This document shows positions 9,566-19,177 of a DNA stretch of 64,000 bases, piece by piece. A program made the translations under genes and the position numbers. Position 1 is the first letter of the stretch. Each line of letters opens with the position of its first letter. The stretch spans positions 4,345-68,344 of the forward strand of contig JAJZKM010000002.1 in NCBI GenBank assembly GCA_021804085.1, in the 5' to 3' direction. This stretch comes from a bacterium. Its GTDB lineage: Bacteria > Patescibacteriota > Saccharimonadia > Saccharimonadales > UBA4665. The notes under the pieces are model-generated. The model made no database searches and was not told where the DNA came from. It saw only the letters and a list, made by a program, of their open reading frames with translations.

Positions 9566-11371
9566 TTAATTATTCGAAGTCACTCTCATGACTTCCTCGA
9601 TGCTGGTTTGTCCTCTTAGAGATTTGATTAATCCGTCCAATCTCATGTTGACCATTCCGTTCGCAATGACCATAGATTCAAGCTCTTCACTTGAAGTGTT
9701 CTTGATGATTAACTTTTGAACTTCAGGGGTGTTGTCTAAAACCTCATAAATACCTAATCTTCCATGATATCCTGTATGGTTGCAGCTAGCGCAACCTTTC
9801 GTATTAGCCTTGAAGAGTCGTACTATGGATCTCTCATTACTACTTAAATCTGTAAGAGAAGATTTGTCTTTTGAGTTATTGCCGATGCCATCATTGAGTG
9901 CTGCATTTTCTAATTCGTGTACTCTAGCAAAACTTCGTTCTTCCGATAGGTTGAATGCAACCTTGATTCGTTTTATCATTCCGTCATCTGGATTATATAT
10001 TTCTCTGCATTCCGGACATAAGCGACGCACTAGTCGTTGGGCGATTACTGAGCGAATAGTACTTGCAATAAGAAACGGTTCGACCCCCATGTCTAGTAGT
10101 CGTGGGAGACAGGTTGAGGCGTCCGAAGTATGAAGTGTAGAAAATACCAAGTGCCCGGTTAAGGCTGCCTGGATAGCTAGGTCTGCTGTTTCTCGGTCAC
10201 GAATCTCTCCGACCATAATTATGTTTGGGTCTTGACGTAGTAGTGAGCGTAAACCATTAGCGAAAGTCATTCCAGCCATTGGATTAACCTGTGTCTGATT
10301 AACCCCTGGGATTCGGTATTCTACTGGGTCCTCGACGGTAGCGATGTTTATACTAGATGTGTTCAGCAATGACAAAACACTAAAAAGGGTAGTGGATTTG
10401 CCTGATCCGGTAGGTCCGGTTACTAAAACCATTCCATTTGGCTGAACTATCGACTGATTTAGTGTTTTTAAGGCTTCTCCCCAAAATCCCAATTCTTCTA
10501 GAGTAGAAGCAGTATTTGATTCATTAAGTATTCGCATGACGACTTTTTCTCCGTCAACTATAGGCATTGTTGATACCCTAAGGGCGAATACTTGGCTGCC
10601 AACTTCAATTTTGAAGCGTCCATCTTGGGGTGCTCGATGTTCGTCTATCTTTAGATTTGCAAGAATTTTAATTCGACTTACTAATGCATTGAGTACACGT
10701 CTGGGTAGCTTATTGGCCTCTCTTAGTATGCCGTCAATACGATATCGGACTATAACAAATTTTTCTCGTGGTTCGATATGAATATCGCTGGCTCCTGAAT
10801 TAACACCATATTCAATGATAAGATTAACTGTTTGGGCAATTGGCGAATCTTCAGCAAGCTCTTCTTCGTTGACAGTTTCATCTGTGTCTGCATCACCCGC
10901 AATTGCATCACTGGAAATTACTTTAGTTAACTCTCCGGCAATATTTCCCCTATACGCATCGAGAGCCGCCATAATTTGGGTTTCTGGAGCAATATAAACT
11001 TTTAAGTTAGATCCTAATTGTTTTTGAAGAAAGCTTAGTGCCTGGATATCGTCGGGATCGGCCATTGCGATGTCTTTTGCCCCGTTTTCTTCAATATTGA
11101 AAACAACGGCTTTATATTGCCGAGCTATACGTTCAGGAAGAAGTTTGAGTAACTCGTGATTGATGTCTTTTAGCTCAATAAACGGAATATCTACTGATTC
11201 GGCGTAAAGCTTTGTAAGTTCTTTTTCGCTAAAAATATTTCCACTAACAACCAAGTCTTGCAATGGTCGTTTTTCACTTCGTTCTTGATCGTGGAGAATG
11301 CTTAACTGTTCAGAATTGACCTTGCCACTCTTATTGAGGAACTCTTCCACCACTTTGTCTGCTATACGCAT
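9566..11371 (-). CDS. pilB: Type IV pilus assembly ATPase PilB (GspE family)
   Basis: 601 aa. Walker A GPTGSGKSTT, Asp/His boxes, tetra-Cys motif (CPECRE...CASCNHTGYHGR). Confidence 0.93.
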   Translation of the reverse strand: MRIADKVVEEFLNKSGKVNSEQLSILHDQERSEKRPLQDLVVSGNIFSEKELTKLYAESVDIPFIELKDINHELLKLLPERIARQYKAVVFNIEENGAKDIAMADPDDIQALSFLQKQLGSNLKVYIAPETQIMAALDAYRGNIAGELTKVISSDAIAGDADTDETVNEEELAEDSPIAQTVNLIIEYGVNSGASDIHIEPREKFVIVRYRIDGILREANKLPRRVLNALVSRIKILANLKIDEHRAPQDGRFKIEVGSQVFALRVSTMPIVDGEKVVMRILNESNTASTLEELGFWGEALKTLNQSIVQPNGMVLVTGPTGSGKSTTLFSVLSLLNTSSINIATVEDPVEYRIPGVNQTQVNPMAGMTFANGLRSLLRQDPNIIMVGEIRDRETADLAIQAALTGHLVFSTLHTSDASTCLPRLLDMGVEPFLIASTIRSVIAQRLVRRLCPECREIYNPDDGMIKRIKVAFNLSEERSFARVHELENAALNDGIGNNSKDKSSLTDLSSNERSIVRLFKANTKGCASCNHTGYHGRLGIYEVLDNTPEVQKLIIKNTSSEELESMVIANGMVNMRLDGLIKSLRGQTSIEEVMRVTSNN

Positions 11372-11527
11372 GTTTTTTAGTCTTCTACCGTTCCTATCTT
11401 TGTTTTAGTATAACAATTATTAAATAAATCTGCACAGTGTTACCTTAAGCATTTTTGCTTATGTGCCATACAATTTATAGTAATATATGACCAGTCATCA
11501 AAAGAGGATTTAGCGAAAGGAATTATT

Positions 11528-12562
11528 ATGGCTCAAACTAAAACTGTAGATAAAAAGAAGCAAGTACCGGTGGAAAACGAAGGTAAGTCTAAAGCCCTTG
11601 GGGTTGCCTTAGAACAAATTGAAAAACAGTTCGGTAAGGGAGCAATCATGAAATTGGGCGAGAATCATGCTTCGAGAAATGTAGAATTTACTCCAACGGG
11701 GTGCCTTTCGTTAGATATAGCTCTAGGTGGTGGTATACCGCGAGGCCGTGTAGTAGAGATTTATGGTCCTGAGTCCTCCGGAAAGACTACGTTAACATTA
11801 CATGCAATTGCCGAAGTACAGAAGCGCGGAGGCACAGCAGCGTTTATTGATGCCGAGCATGCCCTTGACCCCAACTATGCTAAACGGATTGGTGTTGATA
11901 TAGATAATCTTTTGCTCAGTCAACCAGATAATGGTGAACAAGCTCTTGAGATTACCGAGACGCTTGTACGTTCAAACGCCGTAGATTTAATTGTAGTTGA
12001 TTCAGTTGCCGCTTTAGTTCCACGGGCAGAAATTGAAGGAGATATGGGTGATAGCCTTCCTGGTTTACAAGCTAGATTAATGAGTCAGGCATTACGTAAA
12101 TTAACCGGTGTCATATCTCGCAGTAAGGCAACTGTCATATTTATTAATCAAATTAGAATGAAAATTGGAGTAATGTTTGGTAATCCCGAGACTACTACTG
12201 GTGGAAACGCTCTCAAATTTTATTCAAGCGTACGCATGGACATTCGTCGTATCGGACAAATTAAACAAGGTGATGATATTGTTGGCAATAGGACTCGTGT
12301 TAAAGTCGTAAAAAACAAAATAGCCCCTCCCTTTAAAGAAGCAGAATTTGACATTATGTATAACGAAGGAATATCTAGGACTGGCGACATTATTGATCTA
12401 GCGGCCAGTTTCGGAGTAGTAGAAAAAACTGGTGCATGGTATTCGTACAAAGGCGAAAAACTTGCCCAGGGACGTGAGTCGGCAAAAAAATATCTCAAGG
12501 AAAACCCTAAAATTCTAGATGAGATCGTTGGCACTATACTCGCTCGCGAAGAACGAGAATAA
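11528..12562 (+). CDS. recA: Recombinase RecA
   Basis: 344 aa. Motifs [22 protein letters not shown] and [22 protein letters not shown]. Confidence 0.98.
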   Translation: MAQTKTVDKKKQVPVENEGKSKALGVALEQIEKQFGKGAIMKLGENHASRNVEFTPTGCLSLDIALGGGIPRGRVVEIYGPESSGKTTLTLHAIAEVQKRGGTAAFIDAEHALDPNYAKRIGVDIDNLLLSQPDNGEQALEITETLVRSNAVDLIVVDSVAALVPRAEIEGDMGDSLPGLQARLMSQALRKLTGVISRSKATVIFINQIRMKIGVMFGNPETTTGGNALKFYSSVRMDIRRIGQIKQGDDIVGNRTRVKVVKNKIAPPFKEAEFDIMYNEGISRTGDIIDLAASFGVVEKTGAWYSYKGEKLAQGRESAKKYLKENPKILDEIVGTILAREERE

Positions 12563-12576
12563 AATAGCTTATAGTC

Positions 12577-13224
12577 GTGAAGATCACAGCAATAGAATCG
12601 CTACCAAATAAGGTTGGTATGTATCGTATAGCTGTAGACGGAAAGCCTCTTGGCTATATTAGGGCAGAAGATATTCTTCAGGTAAACATTAGTATAGGCA
12701 AGTCTATTGACGTCTCTACCTATACCGAGCTGGTTAATCGGGTTAAGTACACTTCGTTTTTAAATATAGCTCTTGGCTATGCTTCTCGAAGGCTACATTC
12801 AAAAGAAGAAGTGATCAATCATATCAAGGTAAAAGGATGTAGTTTGATTATAGCTCGAGAAATTGCTGATCGTCTCTGTGCGGTTGGAATAATTGATGAA
12901 AATAAACTTGCTCAGGCTTATGTTCGTGATGCACAAATTAAAGGAACGGTTTCCAAAAAAGCCCTTGAACTGAAACTGAAGAAAAAACGTATTAATCCTA
13001 AAATTATAGCTGTAGCTTTAAATACATCAAAACTAAACGAAACTAATGCTCTAGATGTTTTAATTGGTAAAAAAAGGAATCAACAATCTTATCAAGAAAA
13101 TCCGGCTCGTCTATTTCGCTATCTGTTGAGTAAAGGATTTAGTTTTAATGATATTGCTGCCCGCATAGGTACTCCTGCTTCAGGCCACAACCGGATTAGC
13201 GGACGCAAGACTCCGTTTGAGTAA
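12577..13224 (+). CDS. recX: RecA regulator RecX-like
   Basis: GTG start 15 nt after recA. 215 aa, helical-repeat, basic protein. The call rests mainly on position and composition. Confidence 0.7.
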   Translation: MKITAIESLPNKVGMYRIAVDGKPLGYIRAEDILQVNISIGKSIDVSTYTELVNRVKYTSFLNIALGYASRRLHSKEEVINHIKVKGCSLIIAREIADRLCAVGIIDENKLAQAYVRDAQIKGTVSKKALELKLKKKRINPKIIAVALNTSKLNETNALDVLIGKKRNQQSYQENPARLFRYLLSKGFSFNDIAARIGTPASGHNRISGRKTPFE

Positions 13225-13698
13225 ATCGTTAATTATGATTTTAGTATCAGTTACTTCTTGGACTTGATTTCGATCAATACTTAAATTTCCACCTGAAAAA
13301 CTTTTCAATAAGGGTTGTGTGACGTAAAGTTTTTGAATGTAGAAGGTCTCGATTTCGATCGCAAAATCGTTTATTTTACCAATTCTATCTTTGGAAACCG
13401 TAATTACTGGTTTGCCAATAAGTCGGTAGTGAATATTGATTATTTCTTTCAGGCGTATTAAGTCACTAGAATCGGTTAAAACATCATGGTCATTAACCAC
13501 ATATCCTTTAGGATTAGTTTCCCGGATATCTTGATAGAGCAGTACTAAAGTTTTGCCATTAAATCGATCAGTGCAATAAAATCCCTCAATCTTTAAATTG
13601 TCTGGATTTATTATTGGTTCATAAACTTGTGCAATAACTCCACCCGTTCTTAGCGATAAGACCGGTTTATTTAGAAATGTGGCGTTTAGTTGTAACAC
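13180..13698 (-). CDS. PRC-barrel domain-like protein
   Basis: 172 aa. N-terminus LNKPVLSLRTGGVIAQV...LKIEGFYC resembles PRC-barrel proteins, and a second similar half follows. Convergent 45-nt overlap with recX. Confidence 0.5.
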   Translation of the reverse strand: MLQLNATFLNKPVLSLRTGGVIAQVYEPIINPDNLKIEGFYCTDRFNGKTLVLLYQDIRETNPKGYVVNDHDVLTDSSDLIRLKEIINIHYRLIGKPVITVSKDRIGKINDFAIEIETFYIQKLYVTQPLLKSFSGGNLSIDRNQVQEVTDTKIIINDLLKRSLASANPVVA

Positions 13699-13774
13699 GA
13701 TGGTTTTAGTATATCTCTATTTTCATCATGCTACTTGCTTTTTGAAATATACAGGTTAGATTATTTATAGTCTT

Positions 13775-14239
13775 ATGAATGATTATAAAACTATCCAAAA
13801 AGATTTAACTAGCGTTAAATTAACCAAAGAGTTTGCTTCTGCGATTGGTTGTCGGGCTAAGGGGGGTGAGATTATTGAACTAATTAGTGATTTAGGGGGT
13901 GGTAAAACTACTTTCGTCAAGGGTTTGGTACAAGGCGCTGGCAGTAATGATGTGGTCACTAGCCCTAGTTTTTCTTTAAGAAATGACTATCGTGCACCAA
14001 GATTTAATATAGCTCACTTCGATTTTTATCGCCTAGAAGACCCAGGCTTATTATCCGAAATGATCGCAGAGATTGTTTCTGACGACAATATTTTGCTAAT
14101 AATTGAATGGGCTCAAGTCGTTACTCATGTGTTGCCTGATGATAGAATTAGGATTACTCTAAAGGTTGCAGGTGAAGAAAAGAGAACGATATTGGTAGAG
14201 TATCCTCAGGATAGAGAATATCTTTTCTTGGAGAATTGA
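13775..14239 (+). CDS. tsaE: tRNA t6A37 biosynthesis ATPase TsaE
   Basis: 154 aa. P-loop GDLGGGKTTFVKG and HFDFYRL motif. Confidence 0.85.
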   Translation: MNDYKTIQKDLTSVKLTKEFASAIGCRAKGGEIIELISDLGGGKTTFVKGLVQGAGSNDVVTSPSFSLRNDYRAPRFNIAHFDFYRLEDPGLLSEMIAEIVSDDNILLIIEWAQVVTHVLPDDRIRITLKVAGEEKRTILVEYPQDREYLFLEN

Positions 14240-14632
14240 ATGATCATACTTTTAATCAAAACAGATGGAAATTGGGCTGAAGTTTTTCTTGCCAAGAATT
14301 ACGAAATTATAGAAGAAGAAAAATGGGAAGCCGGTCGTACGCTTGCTGAAAGTATAGATAAAAAAATTCAGTTAATACTAAAAAGAGCTGAATTATCTGT
14401 TAGTGATATAGATGGTATTGGTGTTTTTAGTGGACCTGGCAGTTATACTGGGCTAAGGATCGGCCATAGTCTAGCTAACGCTTTGGCTTATGCACTCAAT
14501 ATTTCGGTTATTGGGTCTACTGGTGAAGAATGGCAGAAGAATGTTTTTGAACGTTTCCAGTTAGGTGAGAATGATCATGTAGCAATACCGTTTTACGGAG
14601 CGCCCCCAAGAATCACAAAGCCCTGCAAGTAA
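14240..14632 (+). CDS. tsaB: TsaB-like protein, N-terminal half only
   Basis: 130 aa. GPGSYTGLRIG motif. The ATG directly abuts the tsaE TGA. About half the usual TsaB length. Confidence 0.75.
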   Translation: MIILLIKTDGNWAEVFLAKNYEIIEEEKWEAGRTLAESIDKKIQLILKRAELSVSDIDGIGVFSGPGSYTGLRIGHSLANALAYALNISVIGSTGEEWQKNVFERFQLGENDHVAIPFYGAPPRITKPCK

Positions 14633-14896
14633 CTCTTTATTTGGATATGATGATTGACCGCACTACGGTTTCGGGTCTATAGTTTATGCTAAGCTTGACT
14701 CTCGTGGGATATTTCTCAGAATGTCAGGCCTCTGATTTATAATTGTTATTTAAGTTATTCTATGGCCTGGAAGATCAAAGTAACTTAGCTTTAAGGATGG
14801 ACTAGTGAAGTGAAAGCGGTTGTCCTGTTATGCGCCCCTTGCTAGGAGCTACTCTTTAGATCTACTGGTTACATAGAGAAATAGAAAGGAAGGAAG

Positions 14897-16411
14897 ATGA
14901 TCATACTATCCATAGTTTTGGCTGTGGTTGGTCTTGGTGTTGGTTTTATTGCCGATAAAACGCTTAATAAGCGCAAACAAGGAGATCTTGAGGCGAAGAT
15001 TGAGAAGGAACGCCAAAAAGCCACAAAAGAAGCCGAAAAGACTGTAAGCCAGTACAGAGAGGAAGCTCTTAGAATTGCCGAAGAGGCAAGACGTGACGAA
15101 CAGGTTCGCCGTAAAGAACTTAAAGACTTGGAAAATCGTTTAGTTATGCGTGAGGAATCATTAGACAAGAAGCTTGACGAGATCGATAAACGTGCGATGA
15201 AATTACGTGCTAGCGAAGATGAGATCGAAAAGCTTAAAGACGAAATACGAAATATTCGTATTAAACAGCAGGAAAAGTTAGAAAAAGTGGCAAAATTAAA
15301 CAAAGCAGATGCCGCGGAGAAGCTCATGCAAATGACCGAAAGGGATATTCGCAATGATCTCTTAGGACTAATCTCCAAGCTACAAAACGAAGCCAAGGAA
15401 AATGCCGAAGAGAAAGCTGCTTTGATTATTACTACTGCTATGGAACGGATGAGCAGTGAAGTAACAGCTGAGCGAACTATTACATCGATCAAGCTTGAAG
15501 ATGAAGAAATGAAAGGCCGTATTATTGGCAAAGAGGGGCGTAATATTCAGGCACTACAGAAAGCCACTGGTGTTGATATTTTGGTTGATGATACGCCAGG
15601 ATATGTAGTCCTAAGTTCTTTTGATCCTGTGCGTCGAGAAGTTGGACGTCAAACTTTAGAGCTGTTGATGAAGGACGGAAGAATACATCCTGGGAGAATT
15701 GAAGAGGTGGTCGAAAAGGCTCAAAAGAATGTTGAAAAAGAAATTATACGAGCTGGTGAGGATGCTGCTCGCGAAGCAGGAATAATTGGTATTCCAAAGG
15801 GTATTTTGCATTTGCTAGGTGAACTAAAATATCGCACTAGTTACGGACAGAATGTTCTTAAGCACTCAACCGAAATGGCTCATCTTGCAGGTATGATAGC
15901 CGAGGAAGTTGGGGCAAACGTTAAAACTACTAAGTATGCAGCTCTGGTCCATGATCTAGGGAAAGCCCTTACTCACAAAATGGAAGGGAAGCATCACCAC
16001 ATATCTGGAGAAATGTTGCGCAAGTATGGCGCTCCAGAAGAAGTTGCTTTAGCGGCCGAACAACACCATGATGATGTTGAGGCCACTAGTGTGGAGGCAT
16101 TAATTATTCGAGTAGTAGACGCTATTAGTGCCAGTCGTCCTGGAGCTCGTAATATTAGTGCAGAAAACTTTTCTGAACGCATGAAAGAGCTTGAGAACAT
16201 AGCAAATGGCTTTAAGGGTATTGAGAAATCTTATGCTATAAGTGCCGGTAGGGAGGTGAGAGTGTTTGTGCGTCCTCAGCAAATAGATGATTTGAATGCT
16301 ATCCGTTTAGCACGAGATATAGCGACCAAAATCGAATCATCAATGCAGTATCCGGGTACAATAAAAGTAAATGTAATTAGGGAAACTCGAGCAGTTGAAT
16401 TTGCCAAGTAA
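14897..16411 (+). CDS. rny: Ribonuclease Y
   Basis: 504 aa. N-terminal TM, long charged coiled coil, KH domain (GRIIGKEGRNIQAL), HD domain (HDLGKA...). Confidence 0.95.
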   Translation: MIILSIVLAVVGLGVGFIADKTLNKRKQGDLEAKIEKERQKATKEAEKTVSQYREEALRIAEEARRDEQVRRKELKDLENRLVMREESLDKKLDEIDKRAMKLRASEDEIEKLKDEIRNIRIKQQEKLEKVAKLNKADAAEKLMQMTERDIRNDLLGLISKLQNEAKENAEEKAALIITTAMERMSSEVTAERTITSIKLEDEEMKGRIIGKEGRNIQALQKATGVDILVDDTPGYVVLSSFDPVRREVGRQTLELLMKDGRIHPGRIEEVVEKAQKNVEKEIIRAGEDAAREAGIIGIPKGILHLLGELKYRTSYGQNVLKHSTEMAHLAGMIAEEVGANVKTTKYAALVHDLGKALTHKMEGKHHHISGEMLRKYGAPEEVALAAEQHHDDVEATSVEALIIRVVDAISASRPGARNISAENFSERMKELENIANGFKGIEKSYAISAGREVRVFVRPQQIDDLNAIRLARDIATKIESSMQYPGTIKVNVIRETRAVEFAK

Positions 16412-16412
16412 G

Positions 16413-17213
16413 GTGAAATTTCTCTATGTTGGGGACATTATGGGATCTCCAGGCCTGGAGCTGATTGAGAGCAAGTTACCTAAGCTTAGAAGAGATTTGA
16501 AATTAGACTTTGTTATCGCACAGTCGGAGAACGTTAGCAACGGAAGAGGCTGTTCTTCGGAGGACTTTAATCGTTTAAAAAAAGCGGGTGTAGATTTTTG
16601 CACAGGAGGTAATTGGTCGTTATGGGAAAAAAGTATTATTCCTCAGATGAGCGATCCTAATCAGCCTATCATTAGGCCAGCTAATTATCCGACAGGAACT
16701 CCAGGACTTGGATGGAAATATATTCAGTCGGCTTTGGGCAAGGTTCTGGTCGTTAGTTTGCTTGGTCAAACCGTAGGACGTGATAGTCGGTTAAAGCTCG
16801 AAAATCCACTTAAGGTGATTGATCAAATTCTTGAGAGTGAAAAAAATGTAGAGAAAAGTGCTATTGTGGTGAATTTTCATGGTGATTTTAGTAGCGAGAA
16901 AATTGTTATTGGTCATTATCTTGATGGACGTGTTAGTGCGGTAATTGGTGATCACTGGCATGTACCGACAGCAGACGGACGAATTCTTCCAAAAGGAACA
17001 GCCCATCTTACAGATGTTGGTATGGTCGGGGCATTAAACTCTAGCTTGGGTGTAAAAACGAACATAATTGTTAATAGATGGCGTGATGATCAGGTTTCTA
17101 GAAATGAATTAGAATTATCAGGGCCATTCCAATTTAATGGCTTTGTTTTTGAGGTGGATACTGTAACAGGTCTTGCGGAGAGAACTTCCCAAATTAATTT
17201 ATTCTTTGACTGA
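16413..17213 (+). CDS. ymdB: YmdB-family metallophosphoesterase (2',3'-cyclic-nucleotide phosphodiesterase-like)
   Basis: A GTG at 16413 gives (M)[13 protein letters not shown], the canonical family N-terminus. The track's TTG at 16395 would overlap rny. GNWS and HGDFSSEK motifs present. Confidence 0.85.
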   Translation: MKFLYVGDIMGSPGLELIESKLPKLRRDLKLDFVIAQSENVSNGRGCSSEDFNRLKKAGVDFCTGGNWSLWEKSIIPQMSDPNQPIIRPANYPTGTPGLGWKYIQSALGKVLVVSLLGQTVGRDSRLKLENPLKVIDQILESEKNVEKSAIVVNFHGDFSSEKIVIGHYLDGRVSAVIGDHWHVPTADGRILPKGTAHLTDVGMVGALNSSLGVKTNIIVNRWRDDQVSRNELELSGPFQFNGFVFEVDTVTGLAERTSQINLFFD

Positions 17214-17245
17214 AACCAAACATTTTAGCTATACTAACCCTTGTT

Positions 17246-17322
17246 CGGGGATTGGCGCAGTTGGCTAGCGCGCCGCGTTTGGGACGCGGAGGCCGGAGGT
17301 TCGAGTCCTCTATCCCCGACCA
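17246..17322 (+). tRNA. tRNA-Pro (anticodon UGG), CCA encoded
   Basis: Acceptor CGGGGAT/ATCCCCG, anticodon arm CCGCG-TTTGGGA-CGCGG, T arm GGAGG-TTCGAGT-CCTCT, then ACCA. Confidence 0.9.
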
Positions 17323-17801
17323 AGTGATATTATGTTTAAATCAACAAGCATATCAAACGGTTTATAGAGCTTTTTACTGAGCTTTATAACAGATACAACA
17401 TCAACAGTAGCCCATAGGTTCAACACCACTTCATTTAGGACGGCGTATAGTTCCGGTAAATCATTTGTACGATTGATATTTTTTCAGATCGGTATATCGC
17501 CCAAACCTTTGGTTTTAAGCTCTTTTCTAACTGCAGGTTGACAATATTAACTTCATACTCCCCTAGACCAATCAACTAAAGTGGTCTTAGGTGTTTTTAA
17601 TTTTTTAGCATTTTCGTCATAGCTCATGTACTCTGTGCGCAGTTCAGTAAACTTTTGCTTAGATTTTTGCGATATACGATATAGTCACTGTTATTGCCAT
17701 GTACGGTAGAATATAGCAAGAATAGTTTATTCAGCCTCAAAAAAATGTTGTATTTCAAACGGCACTTATGTATCATGAGGTCAAATAAGTGAAATAAAAC
17801 A

Positions 17802-18563
17802 ATGGATAATATAAACCCACAACCAGAATTAGGTAATGATCAAAACCCAGCATTACCGAGTCAACCTCAAGCCAACTCATTCATGGCCCAAAACAACCCA
17901 AGCCAAAACAACTCTAATGATGTGTGGCGTGGTCTGTTTAGCACGCTAAATCAAGCCAACCGAGCAATAAAGAACAATGTAGGCCCGTACATTTTTTATT
18001 TTTCAGTTCTTCTTTTTGTGGAATTTGTGTTCCAGCTTATAGTTAAGCTACCCAGCTCTTCAAAGTTCACTAGTCAGCAAGTAGCCGCTCTGGGTGGTGG
18101 CATTATCACCGTACTATTCTATCCATACCTTACGAAGTATGAACTATGTTTAGCAAAGGGCATAAAGACTAACGTTAGACAGCTTTTTAGATTGAGCTTA
18201 AGAACTTACTTTAATGTCTACTTAACATTTATCATGTTCATACCAATTTTGTTTATCGGGGCGTTATTGATATTTATTCCTCTTGTTTGGATAGTTCCTT
18301 GGTTTTACTTAGTTTTTTACCCTGTAGTCGAGTTAAATTATTCCCCCATCAAAGCGTTTAGGCATGTAAGGTTTATTATGAAAAATAACCTAGGTAAAAT
18401 ATGGGCAATGCTAGGCGTGAATTTTGTGGTTAGCCTGCTGATTCGTATTCTAGTACCCAATGAAAGTACGTTTCTCCTGTCGATACTGCAAGTATTATTT
18501 GACACCTACGCAGCTATTTTGTATGTCTGGCTAAGTAAAAAAGTTCCTGCCACAACTATGTAA
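17802..18563 (+). CDS. Multi-pass membrane protein, unknown function
   Basis: 253 aa. N/Q/P-rich N-terminus followed by about 5 TM segments. Confidence 0.55.
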   Translation: MDNINPQPELGNDQNPALPSQPQANSFMAQNNPSQNNSNDVWRGLFSTLNQANRAIKNNVGPYIFYFSVLLFVEFVFQLIVKLPSSSKFTSQQVAALGGGIITVLFYPYLTKYELCLAKGIKTNVRQLFRLSLRTYFNVYLTFIMFIPILFIGALLIFIPLVWIVPWFYLVFYPVVELNYSPIKAFRHVRFIMKNNLGKIWAMLGVNFVVSLLIRILVPNESTFLLSILQVLFDTYAAILYVWLSKKVPATTM

Positions 18564-19177
18564 GTTCCTCGGTTTCGCATTTTGAGCTGTTACACCTGGA
18601 TAGTCATTATATTGTTTATTGCTCTGGATAATCTAATTAAAAGCAAAAAACTACTCTATGGTTAAACCTATTTTTGGGTCGTTAATACCGTTCTTAGTTT
18701 ATCTAGTTGCTTTTCTAGATATTTGTTTATAGTTTCAATAGTTGTTAGGCGTTCAAATAGGTGAGTTTTTGGTTTGGTTAATGATACTGGTATAGGCTCT
18801 AAGACCGTCTTTAAGTGCCTGTACTAGTTTTTGGACGGTAACTTTGGTCAAAGGGTGGGTATGCCTAATTGTTTTGGTGTCATACTGATAGATTGTGGGG
18901 TATTAGAGTACGAACGAACACTTAGCAGAGCTTAGGTTTATTGCAATTCGTACTGTTCAACTTATTATGTATGCGCAGTGATGATTAAGTTGGAATATTG
19001 TCTATCTTATTGCTTCAATTTTAACTATGTTGCCGGGTGATCTCTTTACGATCCTATGGTGTTAAATTTGTTGTATCGTCGATATATTACCCCTGGTCGT
19101 GGTTGAGGTTGATTTGGACCTAAGGCCCCATCTTCTGCTATTAGTAATGAATCAAAAATTGATGTTATTATTCTTGT

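Noticed and set aside
14633-14896. SRP RNA or 6S RNA in the rny leader
   Set aside because: GTCAGGCC...GGCCTGGAAGATC superficially recalls the SRP helix-8 motif, but the two halves are about 40 nt apart with no GNRA tetraloop. No other conserved SRP or 6S features were seen.
14869-15531. 220-aa minus-strand ORF
   Set aside because: It is antisense to the strongly supported rny gene. Its Ser/Ile/Leu-rich low-complexity translation is what the reverse complement of a Lys/Glu-rich coiled-coil region produces.
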